A stretch of 61,356 nucleotides of DNA from Nitrospinales bacterium (GTDB lineage: Bacteria; Nitrospinota; Nitrospinia; Nitrospinales; VA-1). How positions within the stretch are numbered: the stretch's first letter is position 1; each line of letters opens with the position of its first letter. The notes under the pieces were generated by a model. That model searched no databases, had not been told where the DNA came from, and saw only the letters and a list, made by a program, of their open reading frames with translations. Positions 60,501 through 61,356 of the stretch are shown here, piece after piece. The stretch is taken from positions 1 to 61,356 of the forward strand of contig JAKUOQ010000003.1 of NCBI GenBank assembly GCA_022450865.1, given 5' to 3'. The translations under genes and the position numbers were made by a program.

Positions 60501-61116
60501 TTTAAAGGAAAAACTAGCGCGACTGGGCGAGGTAAATTTGGCAGCTTTGTCGGAATTTGAAAAAACCAACGAACGTTATACCTTTCTTAAGGAACAACAG
60601 GACGATTTGGCAGAGTCTATTGAGTTGTTACATTCAACCATTGAAAAAATTAATTGCACAACTCAGGAAAGGTTCTTGGACACCTTTAATAAGGTCAACG
60701 AAAACTTCAAAGAAGTCTTTGCCCGCCTGTTTCAAGGTGGAAAGGCCAATTTATCCTTAATGGATGAATCCAATCCTCTCGACTCAGGAATAGAGATTAC
60801 CGCCAACCCAATAGGAAAAAGTATGCAAAACTTGTCACTTCTTTCCGGTGGTGAAAAATCGATGGCAGCCATCGCCCTGGTGTTTGCCGTATTTAAGGTT
60901 CGTCCCAGCCCCTTTTGTTTGCTAGACGAAGTTGATGCTCCCCTCGATGAGGCTAATGTTGTGCGTTTTCAGGAGATGCTGAAAGAAATGGCTGTAAATA
61001 CCCAATTCATCATCATCACTCACAATCAGAAAACAATGACTTTTGCCAACGCTCTCTATGGAATCACCATGGAGGAAAAGGGTGTTTCCAAAGCAGTATC
61101 CGTTAATTTTAATTAA
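57559..61116 (+). CDS. smc: chromosome segregation protein SMC
   Basis: The 1185-aa product has Walker A GPNGCGKSN, long coiled coils flanking a hinge (GFITGGS region), the signature LSGGEKS, and Walker B LLDEVDAPLD. Confidence 0.95.
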   Translation: MYLKNLELEGFKSFADSTNLEFKNGFTAIVGPNGCGKSNVSDAIRWAIGEQRSKTLRSTRITDLIFNGSGSRKPVNRAEISITLSNVPAGIRIAGVPNIAEDVKVTRCYHRSGESEFYINQIPCRLKDITDFLLDAGISPKVLTIIEQGHIQDIITSKPEERRIMIEEAAGILKFKSRKNDAVRKLDSSRQNLERVADIVQELHRQVESLKRQAAKAERYKNFKAEIKELSLQLFAVKIKRFQEQLKTIEQELQEQTQKKTEWSTRYATFENQLLKLNIEIEESLNRLNSMREDIHKLTAQISNNEQTIAFKNEQQAEAREDIETAGGEITQMKEEVEGLLRQTDNQQIKLSDTSKEINDQEKNLEQLKEISEQKRDALQAIQDRVQVGERKVFELYQQTAGSNNKLTELETKCQGIDLRKQNLAKEKAGILNLIQNNQSTLQERERTHQSNINELQQLKEQQEKLKQKVLECSNQAQEQADAHGERKEAYFNKASLLNSLEKLRTQFEGFNEGIKSLMSQQNGERIPGIREVLVDVLQTPAEYETAIETALGDKLQSVIVNSYSDSMEAIGFLKNSESGRGLFVPLNPKSTPSAPLQLNGTQGIVGKALNFIKCGEDYRPVIELLLGNVVIVQDMDVAMHLHQNPEFQGTVVTLNGDMIESNGFITGGSAKNESSRLLARNREIDSLSESVKELKVKLEESRVKIESDKYALVELETSLKKINEEVHQKELDNNNSLRDLEQLRQEVLRLDDHASNLDTESMSLIQQLQGLENEKGSLSVQLLEMEQKSRGEEESLEKERIELEESRKTLERNLMEISGLKVLITSLVGRRENTLTEIKRLTLQQKNLQQQIENREKDMVSNQNRIIEIDNDVSVLEGNVLKQTKEKDTLSNRAVKEEENLRENEDLQKQTDQNIRELSRKLQEITEILSQIEIKRSEIKLQNAHIEERAYEDFNATREELSAAHDEKIVENEIEESVKDLKEKLARLGEVNLAALSEFEKTNERYTFLKEQQDDLAESIELLHSTIEKINCTTQERFLDTFNKVNENFKEVFARLFQGGKANLSLMDESNPLDSGIEITANPIGKSMQNLSLLSGGEKSMAAIALVFAVFKVRPSPFCLLDEVDAPLDEANVVRFQEMLKEMAVNTQFIIITHNQKTMTFANALYGITMEEKGVSKAVSVNFN

Positions 61117-61179
61117 TTTATCTTCCTATAACCCAACCCCAAATCTACAGTCCTTTTAGGCAGAGGCATTTTGCAATAG

Positions 61180-61188
61180 TGATATAAT
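61180..61188 (+). promoter_or_regulatory. extended -10 promoter candidate (TGaTATAAT)
   Basis: An exact TGnTATAAT match lies 30 nt upstream of the ATG at 61218. No good -35 element is present, and extended -10 promoters do not require one. Confidence 0.35.
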
Positions 61189-61217
61189 TAAGACCTCTTA
61201 ATTAAAAGGATAGATTA

Positions 61218-61356
61218 ATGGCGGAAGCGAAAGACATTGATGATAGCCTAGATTTTCTCCGGTTTTTTGAAAAGTATACGGAGAACCCGGATTTAGGAAC
61301 CTTGATTCAAGAAAAAATTAGCCCAGACAAAAAAAGTCTGGAGCTTGGTGGTTCTA
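61218..61356 (+). CDS. hypothetical protein, 5' fragment (runs off the right edge)
   Basis: The ATG is preceded by AAAAGGA. It opens 46 codons (MAEAKDIDDSLDFLRFFEKYTENPDLGTLIQEKISPDKKSLELGGS) to the end of the window. No motif recognised. Confidence 0.4.
   Translation, partial: MAEAKDIDDSLDFLRFFEKYTENPDLGTLIQEKISPDKKSLELGGS

Noticed and set aside
57559-61116. SMC as part of a Wadjet/JetC-like or other SMC-based defence system
   Set aside because: Its length, hinge and motifs are those of canonical chromosomal SMC. No JetA/B/D-like or nuclease partners flank it.

Overview
This is a 61.4-kb, visibly AT-rich, gene-dense bacterial chromosomal segment with about 50 protein genes, one tRNA-Phe and no rRNA. 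TonB, a lipoprotein and PBP4 point to a Gram-negative-type envelope. Most genes are housekeeping: purSQLF, mpl, dacB-like PBP4, pepF, valS, an ABC-F ATPase, oppBC-type permeases, NIF3, mnmE, leuCD, fused aroD-aroE, a DinG-like helicase, pyrF and smc. I found no transposase, integrase, reverse transcriptase, CRISPR array, phage gene or recognisable defence gene. There is therefore no clear-cut novel system, only candidates. (1) A tightly packed minus-strand block (6.4-13.3 kb) runs mpl, a radical-SAM-like protein with a broken Cys triad, a bona fide radical SAM enzyme, a thioredoxin-fold protein and UPF0182. (2) A two-gene module next to tRNA-Phe (34.6-36.3 kb) encodes a secreted FGE/SUMF1-fold protein lacking the catalytic Cys pair and a secreted RI-type LRR protein with a His/Gly-rich head. 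(3) An accessory-looking stretch (44.3-49.5 kb) has unusually long non-coding gaps. It holds a flagellin-family gene relic, a self-contained 67-aa gene, a sensor-less sigma-54 activator, a 703-bp AT-rich spacer, a 434-aa protein with a degenerate nucleotidyltransferase-like N-terminus, and an orphan TonB. Other oddities include a REC protein with a long acidic tail (RomR-like architecture), a membrane PHP-like protein with a degenerate metal motif plus SH3b, an N/S/R-rich disordered protein, an orphan PhnE with an extra periplasmic domain behind a carbamoyltransferase, and a DedA-flavoprotein fusion. All product calls come from motif recognition on the supplied translations and my own reading of the DNA. 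No database search, HMM or folding calculation was possible.
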